From: a bacterium
GTDB lineage: Bacteria > Zhuqueibacterota > Zhuqueibacteria > Residuimicrobiales > Krinioviventaceae
Assembly (NCBI GenBank): GCA_963693055.1
Contig: OY843751.1
Coordinates: 5,088,001-5,152,000, forward strand
DNA length: 64,000 nt
Direction of reading: 5' to 3'
This document shows positions 1 through 10,427 of the stretch, piece after piece (positions within the stretch are counted from its first letter, which is position 1; each line of letters begins with the position of its first letter). The notes beneath the pieces are model-generated. The model saw only the letters and a program-made list of their open reading frames with translations, was not told the origin of the DNA and did no database searches. Both the position numbers and the translations under genes were made by a program.

Positions 1-294
1 GGCCTTGCGTTCATTAACGGATTTGATCTGCTTACTATTCTCAACATTATATTTGTTCTGCGTTAATTTTTTGATTGTTGATAGTGGGTAAAACTGCGGT
101 TCGGGATCCGTAAAATCCGGCTGCACACCGGGATCAAAGTATATCCCTTCTTTATAAACCTCTAAAAGCTGGCCTTTTAACACAGTACCATCTTTTAATG
201 TCAAAACATCATCTTTCATCTGCGTATTCATATCACTGGCATTTATTGATAACAACGTCCATAACACCAACACCATAATCATTGTAAATCGCAT
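1..294 (-). CDS. Secreted hypothetical protein (3'-truncated by window edge), paralog of the two upstream genes
   Basis: Not in ORF track. Read manually: GAGGTG RBS, ATG at 294, MRFTMIMVLVLWTLLSINAS...LTLKDGTVLKGQLLEVYKEGIYFDP, matching the motif in 305..1690 and 1756..3066. Confidence 0.8.
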   Translation of the reverse strand, partial: MRFTMIMVLVLWTLLSINASDMNTQMKDDVLTLKDGTVLKGQLLEVYKEGIYFDPGVQPDFTDPEPQFYPLSTIKKLTQNKYNVENSKQIKSVNERKA

Positions 295-304
295 TTTTTT
301 CACC

Positions 305-1690
305 TCAGAAATAAAATTTTAATCCAGCAGATATATTCAAATGGGTTGCACTTAATGTTTCATCTGATTCTATCTGAATATCATTAAATTCAAACTCGTC
401 AAATTTTCCCACAATCAGAGAAACGCCTACTCCCAAAGCCAGATTTTTATTCAACATTATATCTACTCCGGTTTGTAATCTAAAACCAATTGTTGTTTCT
501 TCTATTGTTGCTTGAATACCTGCTATTCTTCCTTCATCAGTATAACTCAACATTCCCATCCCCACTGTTCCATAAACAACCACTCCTTCCGTATCAGTTG
601 TACACAGGAATATTTGCCCGCCAACCAACTGGATACGTACATTATCCTTAACCAAACCAATATTCTTATAATAATTACCAATTTTAATCTTTTCATTACT
701 CACAACAATAGCATTAGAAGACCAAAAATTTGAATAGAAAATTCCAAAAGCAATATTGGGCCTGCTAAAGAATACCAAATCAAGGCCCTCTATTTTACCG
801 TTTTTTAATTCATCTGTATAGTCTTTCAAACTTTTCGGAGTATATTTTGAATCGTCTCCAATAATTTCACCCAATCCAAATTCAATTCCTATCCGAACTG
901 GATGTATAGCTTTTCGTTCTTTTTTGAATGACGGATAAATTGTTTTATTCTCATGCACACCCCTACTTTTTATGTTTTCAGTCTTTTTTTTCCGGGCTGT
1001 AACAGAATCACCAGAGGTTGTATCAACAGTTGTAGAGACATTCAACATTAATGGTCGAGGTGCTATCCGGACTCCATTAGCAATCCGGATATCTGAATCC
1101 GGTATAAAAACTGTTTTGGATCCCTGAAACAGTCCCATGGCCCCTTTTTTAAAAACCATGCCCTCTGTATTGATTTCAAGGATCTCTCCCACCAGAGTCT
1201 CATTATTCTGCAAAACAATTGTAGACATATTGTGTGGTAAAAGAGTTAGATCCGTTAAATAATATTCTTTTTTTATTTCATTCTTTTTTACAACTGGCGT
1301 TTCTTTTACCGTATCAACTTTTGCTTTTTTAACATCACTCACTTTTTCAAACAAATAGCTTAAAAGCTGGGGATCTTTAATTTCTTTACCCTCGCCGATT
1401 GCGATACTGCCATCCGGGTGAACAATGATCTTGCCGTTTTGATCAATAAAGGTTAATATCTTGGCATAGGGTATAAATAGCTCTGTATCGGATTCAAATT
1501 GAATTCCTTTTGCCTTGTAATCGAGGACTGCTCTGTGCCAGACCTTTTCAGGATACTCTTTTAAAATTAACAATGGACAGTGAGGTTGCAGCAACTCTTG
1601 GTACATTTCCAACAATTCCGGATCTGTCTGAGCAAACCCTGTTTGAATAGCAATAAATAGAAATACTATTATCAATTTACCATAACTCAT
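305..1690 (-). CDS. Putative outer-membrane beta-barrel protein with N-terminal periplasmic domains
   Basis: Start moved to MSYGKL (GGAG RBS, signal peptide). C-terminal alternating beta strands ending ISAGLKFYF. Confidence 0.7.
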   Translation of the reverse strand: MSYGKLIIVFLFIAIQTGFAQTDPELLEMYQELLQPHCPLLILKEYPEKVWHRAVLDYKAKGIQFESDTELFIPYAKILTFIDQNGKIIVHPDGSIAIGEGKEIKDPQLLSYLFEKVSDVKKAKVDTVKETPVVKKNEIKKEYYLTDLTLLPHNMSTIVLQNNETLVGEILEINTEGMVFKKGAMGLFQGSKTVFIPDSDIRIANGVRIAPRPLMLNVSTTVDTTSGDSVTARKKKTENIKSRGVHENKTIYPSFKKERKAIHPVRIGIEFGLGEIIGDDSKYTPKSLKDYTDELKNGKIEGLDLVFFSRPNIAFGIFYSNFWSSNAIVVSNEKIKIGNYYKNIGLVKDNVRIQLVGGQIFLCTTDTEGVVVYGTVGMGMLSYTDEGRIAGIQATIEETTIGFRLQTGVDIMLNKNLALGVGVSLIVGKFDEFEFNDIQIESDETLSATHLNISAGLKFYF

Positions 1691-1755
1691 TATCCAACTC
1701 CTAGTCTGAATATTCTCTGTACTCCCAATTGTACTTGAAAAAAACAGATATACTA

Positions 1756-3066
1756 TCATTCATGTAAATAAAACCTTAACCCCATAGAAATGGATTGAAA
1801 AGAAGCACTAAACGTTTTCCCCAATTCTATATCTGTTTCCTTGTAATTTATTTCATCAAACCTGCCCAATACCATAGACACTGAACCGGATAATGCAATC
1901 ACATCATTAAACATATAATCAAATCCTGAACTGAATCGGGTACCCGGTAAATTCTTGTCAGAAATAATCTCTTTTTCATTCAATGTCCATATAATTTTAT
2001 ACTTGATTATTCCAGCACTCATGTCAGCCCACAAGATTGTATGATCTGACACCGACCCCCTGAAACAAAAGCCCGGACCGAAAAAAGCTATAGATATATG
2101 CTCATCACCCGTATCATATATCGCGTATTGATTATTTTGCTCATAGATCAAGTTAGAATTAAACAAAGCATTGTGTGATTTAAATAAAGAATAATCAAAT
2201 GACAAACCAAAATTCTGAGAAAAATAATATGCAATCTGGCCGTTAATGATTATACCATCAACATCATCTTCCCTGCCATAATACATCACTCCTGCATTAT
2301 ATTGGGCGTCCCGGGCGAGCAGGGGGCCTCTCCCCAATTCAAAACCGATCTTGAAAGGATTAATAACCGGTCTATCATCAAAACCATCAGGATATATTAC
2401 AATCGCATTTTCGGCATTCGCATCAGAACCCGTGCCTGCCGAGTTTTGTTGTTGTGTTTTTTCTGTTAATTCCTTATCAGAGAATATTGTCTGACCATTT
2501 ACAAATTTTAATGCGGATGCCTCAATAAAAACCGGTTCCGGATTACTAAACAATCCCCCATCGGGATCAAAAACAATTCCATCACTTTTAATTTCCACAA
2601 TCTTGCCCACCATGACCTGGCCATTCTTGAACTCTATTGTACTTTTATAACCCACTTTTGGCATTTCGATTTCATTAACCAGGTTCTTTTGCTTATACTC
2701 TTGATCCCTTTTTTCATTTTTCAACAAATCTAAAAGTCTGCCTATTAACTCGTTCTCTTTAAAATTATCACCTTGAGGTACTATCTCAAAATTTGCATCT
2801 TTATCTATCAATAAATACATTTCAGATATTGAAAAATATGATGCTTTTTGATCTCTTTTTAAATAGACAAAAATAATATCATCATCTTTGACAATTTTTT
2901 CAGCGGTAATAACCGAATCCGGATTTTGTTTCAAAATGAATAATGGACAATACCGAGATAATTCTTTCTTATAATCATCATGATTCATTGGGGCATCTTG
3001 AGTCAATCCTTCACCTGAAAGAACGACAAACATTGCAAATAGCAATCCTGCGATTTTATTCAACAT
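1756..3066 (-). CDS. Putative outer-membrane beta-barrel protein (paralog of 305..1690)
   Basis: Signal peptide, shared CPLxILK and IxFKNGxxxxGxIxE motifs, C-terminal beta strands ending GLRFYLHE. Confidence 0.7.
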   Translation of the reverse strand: MLNKIAGLLFAMFVVLSGEGLTQDAPMNHDDYKKELSRYCPLFILKQNPDSVITAEKIVKDDDIIFVYLKRDQKASYFSISEMYLLIDKDANFEIVPQGDNFKENELIGRLLDLLKNEKRDQEYKQKNLVNEIEMPKVGYKSTIEFKNGQVMVGKIVEIKSDGIVFDPDGGLFSNPEPVFIEASALKFVNGQTIFSDKELTEKTQQQNSAGTGSDANAENAIVIYPDGFDDRPVINPFKIGFELGRGPLLARDAQYNAGVMYYGREDDVDGIIINGQIAYYFSQNFGLSFDYSLFKSHNALFNSNLIYEQNNQYAIYDTGDEHISIAFFGPGFCFRGSVSDHTILWADMSAGIIKYKIIWTLNEKEIISDKNLPGTRFSSGFDYMFNDVIALSGSVSMVLGRFDEINYKETDIELGKTFSASFQSISMGLRFYLHE

Positions 3067-3189
3067 AATAACACCCCACTAAAAATTTTAAAAAATCATG
3101 CAGGCAAACTTCCCCTGACATTGCATTTCATCAAAAATATAGCAATTCATCTATTAAAACACAATAACTTATATATCCCCTAAAATGAA

Positions 3190-3216
3190 AAGGGCTGTCA
3201 ATTTTAGACAGCCCTT
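3190..3216 (-). terminator. Intrinsic terminator hairpin
   Basis: AAGGGCTGTC-aatttta-GACAGCCCTT directly after the esterase stop. Confidence 0.7.
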
Positions 3217-3220
3217 AAAA

Positions 3221-5080
3221 TTACTCGAGTAGTATAGCTTTTTGAAAGATCCTTGTATTGTCATGTTGAAATACCACATAATATACACCAGTGGGATAGT
3301 CCAGTTCCATCTTCCAGTTCAATTGCCACTGACCCGGATACAATTTCACATTCTCCCGGTGGAGCTGTCTGCCCAGTATATCAAAAATACGGATATCCGC
3401 TTCCATATTGTTATGCGCAGGTTCAAATTGTATGGTGGTATTTAATGTGCTGTTAAAAGGATTGGGATAAACCGAAATTAAATTCAAATTCTCAGGTACT
3501 TTATCGGTTTCAGCAACATCGGTTGTCTGGTACGAAAAAGATTCAACCTCAGACCACTCACTTGCGCCCAGACCGTTTATACTTTTAACCCGCCAGTAAT
3601 AGTCATGGCCGGATTCAACATCCAAAGACCAGCTGCATCCGGCTATCTCATTATCAAATACCAGATCAGCTTCTCCAAATGATGCATCTGTAGCAACCTG
3701 TAACTGATAATGTGTTGCTAATTTTTCATCCTGCCAGTTGAACGTAATCATTTCACCCATTGTTGCTTCTTCCGGTATAGGTGTGGCCGGTAAAACATCT
3801 AAATTTTCCGCAACCATATGGGTAGATACACTGTTCCACATTTTGGTATTAATGGCATATATCTCTTCATAATGCCCTTCGGTCTCTCCGGGAAAATCTA
3901 CATCCACTATTTCTTGTGGAATATCTGTTACGTTCAGCCTGGCAATCTCTACCTGGGGACCGTTCAACCCCTCTATGCTGTTGTAAAAATTGTCAGCATC
4001 CTGTACAAATCCCGGCATATCCAGAAACTCTCCTTCTTCGTTGAGAGATATAATCAGAAAAGGGGGTTGGTCAACGTTAATAAAATTACCGGGAGACGCG
4101 GCAAGCAGCACATCCTCTTCCCAACTGTCAAAGGTGTTCTGGCACAGTGTTTTATACCCCAATGCGTCAACGGCATCCAGTCCTAAAGGATTTGACGGCC
4201 AGATCACAAGATCATATAAATTATAAGCGCCACTCATCAGCACCGCGCTTTTGATCAAATCTGTAGACAATCCCAGTGACTCTAAATACGAACCATCTGT
4301 ACTCATCAGTGCGCATAAATGCGCGCCGGCGGACTGGCCCATAATGTGGATCGATTCAGGATCGCCACCATATTCGGCAATATGATCTACTACCCATGCA
4401 AAAGCCATTGCAACATCCATTACATGTGTGGGGTGCTTGGCATTCCAGGGATCAGACGACAACTGGTAATTTGCAATCACCGTTGTCACATTATAGTATC
4501 CTGCATAGGTATTTCCCAACTCCATATAGAGTTCCTTGTCGCCCTGCTTCCATGCCCCGCCATGGATAAACAACAACACGGGTGTATTGGTTTTATTTTT
4601 GGGTTGGTATACATCCAACTGATGCTTACCTCCGCCCTCAGCAGGAGATTCCGCGTAAGCGATATTAAAAGAGGCATCTACAAGATCCAGTACATACCGG
4701 GCTTGAACAATCTCACTGTTTTCCATCCCATCGGCAATGGCAACCGCCCGCACCGTGGCAGAATAAAAGGTTTGCGGCTCGGCCGCATCAGAGGGGGCAT
4801 TGTCGCTATTGCCGGTCAAGCTGTCACCGGTCACATGGTGATATAGTACAATAGGGCCGCCATCATACAACAGATCTGATTCATCCGGATCAGTACCATC
4901 AAGTGTATAATAAATTCTCGCATCGGGAGTGTTACAGGTCAGGCACAGGTTTATGGCCTGTTCATATTTTCCGGTTTCATGACTAAAGATTGGTGAAGAA
5001 ACTTGAGCAGCCAATACCCATTGCGTCAGGCATTGGAACAAAATCATAACAGCCCCTATTACTTTAATTTTTTTACACAT
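3221..5080 (-). CDS. Secreted alpha/beta-hydrolase (HSL-like esterase) with Fn3-associated domain and T9SS-type C-terminal domain
   Basis: HGGAW oxyanion motif, GQSAG nucleophile, IYYTLDGTDP, YPNPFN...ILLE tail. Confidence 0.85.
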   Translation of the reverse strand: MCKKIKVIGAVMILFQCLTQWVLAAQVSSPIFSHETGKYEQAINLCLTCNTPDARIYYTLDGTDPDESDLLYDGGPIVLYHHVTGDSLTGNSDNAPSDAAEPQTFYSATVRAVAIADGMENSEIVQARYVLDLVDASFNIAYAESPAEGGGKHQLDVYQPKNKTNTPVLLFIHGGAWKQGDKELYMELGNTYAGYYNVTTVIANYQLSSDPWNAKHPTHVMDVAMAFAWVVDHIAEYGGDPESIHIMGQSAGAHLCALMSTDGSYLESLGLSTDLIKSAVLMSGAYNLYDLVIWPSNPLGLDAVDALGYKTLCQNTFDSWEEDVLLAASPGNFINVDQPPFLIISLNEEGEFLDMPGFVQDADNFYNSIEGLNGPQVEIARLNVTDIPQEIVDVDFPGETEGHYEEIYAINTKMWNSVSTHMVAENLDVLPATPIPEEATMGEMITFNWQDEKLATHYQLQVATDASFGEADLVFDNEIAGCSWSLDVESGHDYYWRVKSINGLGASEWSEVESFSYQTTDVAETDKVPENLNLISVYPNPFNSTLNTTIQFEPAHNNMEADIRIFDILGRQLHRENVKLYPGQWQLNWKMELDYPTGVYYVVFQHDNTRIFQKAILLE

Positions 5081-5436
5081 TACCTTTTACCTCAACATTA
5101 ATATTTATTTTGGGAATGTATACGGGATGTTACAAAAAAGCATGTGATTTAAATCAATATATTATTATTTATCGGCCTCCTTGTCATTTCTTTAAGAAAA
5201 AATGGAAGCAAATGCATGTTTCTATTGTCTAACTTGCAAATAACAGAAAAAACATCGCCACAACCATAAAAAAAATACTTCTTTTTACACCGAAAAAATT
5301 TCCTATTTCACACATAACTTTTTGTTTAATAGACCTATACGCAGCATTTCAAAAAAACATTTTCACTTTTAAAAAAGTTACGCTAAAAGAATGTTTCAAA
5401 AATCAGTTGACTAGAAAAAATAGAAATCATGGTGCT

Positions 5437-5643
5437 ATGAACAAAAGAAAAACCTATAGCGGAGAATTTAAAGCAAAGATCGTAAAAGAATGGATTTTAG
5501 GGGAAAAATCGCTTCAAGAACAGGCGATTCTGTACAATTTGCACCCAAATCAGATCAAAAACTGGAAATCTCCTCTTTTTTAGAATGCAGACCTGGTATT
5601 GGATGACCAGAGAAAAAACAGGACCCCGATCAAGAAGAAATGA
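5437..5643 (+). pseudogene. IS3-family OrfA-like HTH transposase remnant
   Basis: MNKRKTYSGEFKAKIVKEWILGEKSLQEQAILYNLHPNQIKNWK, in-frame TAG at 5581, no orfB or terminal inverted repeats seen. Confidence 0.7.
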
Positions 5644-5891
5644 TGGCGTAACTTGTTAATTTATTTGTATCTACAAATACTCATTTTTATCCGGTTCTGG
5701 CATATCAGCTGCGTAAAACGGATTGTGCAAACTGTCAGAAACATCTACGACAGTGATCATCGATTGCAATCAAAACAACACAAATCCGTATTAATCATCA
5801 AAAGGCAGTAATGTTGTAATCTTGCTTGCAGACGAGAGGAATTGCAAGAACGGATTCAGCTTTTTACAACCTAAACAAAAGGAGTTGTAGA

Positions 5892-6545
5892 ATGATTAAC
5901 AACGCAAGTAGTATGAGCCAATATTCGGATATGACGAGTATGCGGTCCATGCAGGGAGGCAGAGACCCATCTCAGATGTTCAACAAAATGGACAGCGACG
6001 GTGACAAAAGTATTGGCCAGGCTGAATTTGAGCAGGCAGCTGCATAAATCTCAGAAATGACCGGCAATTCTATCAGTTATGAAGACGCATTAGCGACTTT
6101 TGATTCTGATGGAAACGGAACGTTTAGCGCTTCTGAAATGGATTCTTTTATGAAAGCAAGTGGACCCTCACCACCTCCTATGGACGGATCGTTTGCATTA
6201 CAAGGTTCTGAAAATGATACCATTCTCTCATTATTGAACCAACTCAATATGTCTCAACCACCTTCCCCGGAAGAGTCGTTTGCGCAGATTGACAGTAATG
6301 GTGAAGGTGGTATTGACGCAACTGAATTGCAATCCATGATGGAAGGTGTTTCAGAAAGTTCTGATTCAGACTTTTCAGCAAGTGACGCAATTGCAGAATA
6401 CAAAATAAACGGAGACGGAACACTTGATCAGAAAGAGATGGATGCGTTTATTCAAAACAACAGGCCTTCCTTCCAGGCACAGCAAACCGTTTCTGCTTAT
6501 GCCAGCAACACACTCGATACATTGTCGCAATTGATCAGCTCTTAA
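5892..6545 (+). pseudogene. EF-hand repeat protein interrupted by in-frame TAA
   Basis: AAGGAG RBS, ATG 5892. ORFs 5826..6047 and 6057..6545 share a frame. DSDGDKSI, DSDGNGTF, DSNGEGGI, INGDGTL loops. TAA at 6045-6047. Confidence 0.8.
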
Positions 6546-6710
6546 GCGATCAACACGGCCAATAATGCAGCAGTAAGCATTATTGCATAACACACCCCTC
6601 GTCCCCCGGTTCTTCGCCGGGGGATTAATTTTTTGGAACATTCCCCTATCCACTACGTATCAATAACCAATCCAACAGAAAAAAAACATATTATTGGGGA
6701 AAATCAATCT

Positions 6711-7646
6711 ATGAAGCAATCGGGCCGGTTCATTATGCTATGCATGCTTTATTTTTTTACCACCACACCACTTTTTAGCCAAATTATAGAATCACCCGAT
6801 CCGCAAACTCTAAACCCTGTCTTACAATTCGATTATTACAAGCATCCTTTGTATGAAGTGGATCCAATCAAAACAGATTATATAACCAATTTTGCGCTTG
6901 GAGGAATTTTAGATGGATCTCTATATGGCTTAATAGGCGGAATTGCACTGGCAGGCACAAGTAGCAGCAAAGGTGCTGAAGGCGAAATTACAAAATCAAT
7001 AACGTATACAATGGGAATAGTTGCAGGGTCTATACTTGGTGGGTATTGGGGTTATCGAAAGGGGGCCCAATATCAAAAACTGGCAGACACAAAACCCGGA
7101 TTTTATGGTACCCGGAGAAATTGGGGCTATTCCGTGCAAGGTAGTGCAAATCAGAGTTTTCAATTTTATGATGATTTGGGTACAAGCCTGGTTGTTCGTA
7201 AATGGTCACAAAAAAAATGGATACCTAATAAATTTTTCATCACTTTCAAAAAAGAAAATTACGATGGGGTGATCATTCCAAATAGTACTGGAAACTATAG
7301 TTACTGGGCTGAAGCAAAAAAAATCCAAGTAATGTTTCAATACAGTACAAAACCTGCATTCCAAAATATACATGCCGGATTTGGTCTTGGTTATGCGGAA
7401 GGTACATTTAATGAACGCTGGAATGTCATTGATTACGTGACAAATACTGAAACCAATGTTGTACCTATCCATACGCTATATTTTATCACCAATTTGGGAT
7501 TAGAGATAAACCTGGGTGATTTACTCTATTTACAAACGGATATAGAATATGATCCACTCGGTTTTTATAATCATCTTCAAGATTATCAATCATTTAACGA
7601 CCAACATCTCAAAGTGATTGTCAGAGTTGGTAGATTTATTTTCTAA
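6711..7646 (+). CDS. Secreted/outer-membrane hypothetical protein, tandem paralog 1
   Basis: Signal peptide, FDYYKHPLYE motif, glycine zipper, C-terminus VGRFIF. Confidence 0.75.
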   Translation: MKQSGRFIMLCMLYFFTTTPLFSQIIESPDPQTLNPVLQFDYYKHPLYEVDPIKTDYITNFALGGILDGSLYGLIGGIALAGTSSSKGAEGEITKSITYTMGIVAGSILGGYWGYRKGAQYQKLADTKPGFYGTRRNWGYSVQGSANQSFQFYDDLGTSLVVRKWSQKKWIPNKFFITFKKENYDGVIIPNSTGNYSYWAEAKKIQVMFQYSTKPAFQNIHAGFGLGYAEGTFNERWNVIDYVTNTETNVVPIHTLYFITNLGLEINLGDLLYLQTDIEYDPLGFYNHLQDYQSFNDQHLKVIVRVGRFIF

Positions 7647-7693
7647 AATTAATTATCTTTGTATACAAGAGTACAATTTATAAGGATTCTATA

Positions 7694-8626
7694 ATGTACA
7701 TGATACGGAAATATACTCTAAAACTAGCATTATTATTACTTTTTATTACCACCCATTTAACTGCTCAGGAAATTCAATGGCAAAACATTACTCGTGATAA
7801 TTCTGACTTACAATTCGATCCATATAAACACCCCTTGTATGAGCACAATCCTTACAAAATCAACTACAAATCTTCCTATTTCACCCGGGGATTATTCGAC
7901 GGTACAATGGCCGGACTTTTTGGTAGTATTGCCCTGGCTTACCCATTGATTGGAGACTCGCCTGATCCTGGAGCAGCAATTATTCCTCTTGGCGGTGCCG
8001 CGATTGGACTTGTTACAGGTGCCATTATGGGGTACAAAAAGGGGGCAAAATATCAAAAAAAATGGCAAAACAATCCCGCTTTTTATGGTACCCGGCGAAA
8101 GTTGGGTTATGCCATACATAACAATTCAACCTATAATTTTCAATTCAATCAATATTATGGCGTCTCTTTTGTCATACGTAAATGGACTGATAATAAATGG
8201 GTACCCAATAAAATATTTTACAGCATAATAAACGAACATTATGATGGTAATATTTCAACGAAAACACTGGCAAGTCATGAATATTGGGGAGAATCAAAAA
8301 AAACTGAATTATTACTGCAATATAGCACAAAACCTTCATATATCAGCCTGCATTATGGAATAGGGCTGGGACGTGCTAAAGGTTCATTTAAAGAGCGCTG
8401 GAAAAATTACGATTATCGTGGTCAATTCAAAACAAAATCCATTCCAATAAATACATGGTATCTGTTTACAAACGCAGGGATTGAATGGAATCTTGACGAT
8501 TTCCTTTATTTTCAGTTTGATGTAGAATTGGATCCATGGGGATTTTATTACCAACTCAACAAGCACAAATCTTTTGAAAATAATCCACTAACATTCGTTG
8601 TGAGAATGGGACGGTTTATAATATAG
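7694..8626 (+). CDS. Tandem paralog 2
   Basis: AQEIQWQNITRDN, FDPYKHPLYE, glycine zipper, C-terminus MGRFII. Confidence 0.75.
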   Translation: MYMIRKYTLKLALLLLFITTHLTAQEIQWQNITRDNSDLQFDPYKHPLYEHNPYKINYKSSYFTRGLFDGTMAGLFGSIALAYPLIGDSPDPGAAIIPLGGAAIGLVTGAIMGYKKGAKYQKKWQNNPAFYGTRRKLGYAIHNNSTYNFQFNQYYGVSFVIRKWTDNKWVPNKIFYSIINEHYDGNISTKTLASHEYWGESKKTELLLQYSTKPSYISLHYGIGLGRAKGSFKERWKNYDYRGQFKTKSIPINTWYLFTNAGIEWNLDDFLYFQFDVELDPWGFYYQLNKHKSFENNPLTFVVRMGRFII

Positions 8627-8680
8627 GACGTAAAATCCATTTCAAAGAGTTTTACAATCAAAACAGGAAAAGTATAATAT

Positions 8681-9625
8681 ATGAATACAATACGATTTAA
8701 GCGGATATGGATTCTTTTTTTATTATTCTTAATAACTAAAAGTATTTCAGCTCAGGAAATCCAATGGCAAAATATCACCCGTGACAATCCGGACAAAACA
8801 TTCGATTATTTCAAACATCCCTTGTATGAGCACAATCCATACAAAACCAACTATAAAGCCACCTATTTCATCCATGGAGTATTTGACGGCACAATGGCAG
8901 GTTTCCTGGGTGGAGTAGCGTTAACACACCAATTGGTTGGTGATTCTGGTGATTTAGGAGCAGCTATAGCATGGGCAATTTTCCCAACAACGGGTGCTGC
9001 TATTGGACTTGTCTCAGGTGGTATTATTGGCCACAAAAAAGGCATCAGATATCAAAACAAATTGGAAAATAGTCCGGGATACTATGGCATTCGAAGACAT
9101 TTCGGCTATTCTGTATATGGAATTTCTACAACAGATATGCAGCTCTATACAAGTCCCGGAGCGGCGCTGGTTGTGCGAAAATGGACGAATAACAAGTATG
9201 TACCCAATAAGATCTTTATTTCATTTGAAAATGAAAGATATGATGGACAAACTACGCTCATTAATTCCAGGGTATATAATTACTGGGGTAATGCAAAAAA
9301 TTATGAACTGTTATTTCAATATGCAAATCAACCAAACTTTATAAGCTATCATTACGGGCTTGGGCTGGGATACGCAGAGGGTTCTTTTGAAGAAGAATGG
9401 AAAGACCCAATTACTGCTTATATTAAAAAAACAGAATCAACTCCCATAAATACTTTATATCTATTTGTAAACACGGGGATAGAGCTCAACCTGAACGATT
9501 TTATATTCTTACAAGCCGATGTCGAATTCGATCCCATTGGTTTCCAATATCGACTTAATGAACACAAGCACTTTGAGCAGCATCCCTTTACTTTTATTTG
9601 CCGCATAGGGAGATTTATATTATAA
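8681..9625 (+). CDS. Tandem paralog 3
   Basis: AQEIQWQNITRDN, FDYFKHPLYE, glycine zipper, C-terminus IGRFIL. Confidence 0.75.
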   Translation: MNTIRFKRIWILFLLFLITKSISAQEIQWQNITRDNPDKTFDYFKHPLYEHNPYKTNYKATYFIHGVFDGTMAGFLGGVALTHQLVGDSGDLGAAIAWAIFPTTGAAIGLVSGGIIGHKKGIRYQNKLENSPGYYGIRRHFGYSVYGISTTDMQLYTSPGAALVVRKWTNNKYVPNKIFISFENERYDGQTTLINSRVYNYWGNAKNYELLFQYANQPNFISYHYGLGLGYAEGSFEEEWKDPITAYIKKTESTPINTLYLFVNTGIELNLNDFIFLQADVEFDPIGFQYRLNEHKHFEQHPFTFICRIGRFIL

Positions 9626-9659
9626 TTTGCATTCTTGATCAAATAATCAAAAATAATCC

Positions 9660-9688
9660 TTGACTTTAAATGAATGATCGTTTAATTT
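9660..9688 (+). promoter_or_regulatory. Sigma70-like promoter with embedded palindromic operator for tetR
   Basis: TTGACT-17bp-TAATTT. TAAATGA-N4-TCGTTTA at 9667-9684. Confidence 0.6.
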
Positions 9689-9694
9689 AGAACT

Positions 9695-10264
9695 ATGAGA
9701 CATAAAGATGAAAAAAAGTTTGATGCGATTTGCAACGCTGCCATCTCTTTAATTAACGAGATCGGGTTTGCGCAGGCTTCCATGTCCAAAATCGCAAAAC
9801 GCGCAGAGGTATCTCCCGCTTCCATCTATACCTATTTCGAAAACAAGGAAGATATGCTGGTGCAGCTCTATATTCAGGGCAAACGCAAAATGATGATGTT
9901 TATCATGCAGGATTATAATCCCGATCTGAGTATAGAGACCTCTACAAAAACGATTTTTAAAAAGGTGTTTCAATTCGCAATTGAGCATAACGATTTTTTT
10001 GCGTTCACCGAACAGTTTAGCAATTCGCCGCTTATCCATTGCGTCAAAGAAGAAACCCAGGATCTGTTCATACCCTTGATGGAAATGGTAGAAAAAGCAA
10101 AAAAGGATAACATTATTCGCGATCTACCCATGGAACTGATTACTGTATTCAGCTTTTTCCCCATTATGCAATTGAGTAAGGCACATCTGATTGGCGAAAT
10201 CAAAGTGGATGATAAACTGCTGGATACCGCAGTAGATCTGGCCTGGAGGGCCATAACGGTTTAA
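9695..10264 (+). CDS. TetR/AcrR family regulator
   Basis: GFAQASMSKIAKRAEVSPASIYTYFENKEDM HTH. Confidence 0.95.
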   Translation: MRHKDEKKFDAICNAAISLINEIGFAQASMSKIAKRAEVSPASIYTYFENKEDMLVQLYIQGKRKMMMFIMQDYNPDLSIETSTKTIFKKVFQFAIEHNDFFAFTEQFSNSPLIHCVKEETQDLFIPLMEMVEKAKKDNIIRDLPMELITVFSFFPIMQLSKAHLIGEIKVDDKLLDTAVDLAWRAITV

Positions 10265-10427
10265 AAAATTTTCTTTCTTAAATAAATGAACATTCAATAA
10301 ACAAAGGCATTTATTTTGAGAACCATACTTTTATTATTAAGAATTACAGATAAACTATCAATTACTATTTTATTGGCTGCCCTGCTGCTGCTTGCTCTGG
10401 GACAACTATAAAATACAGGAGATGAAA

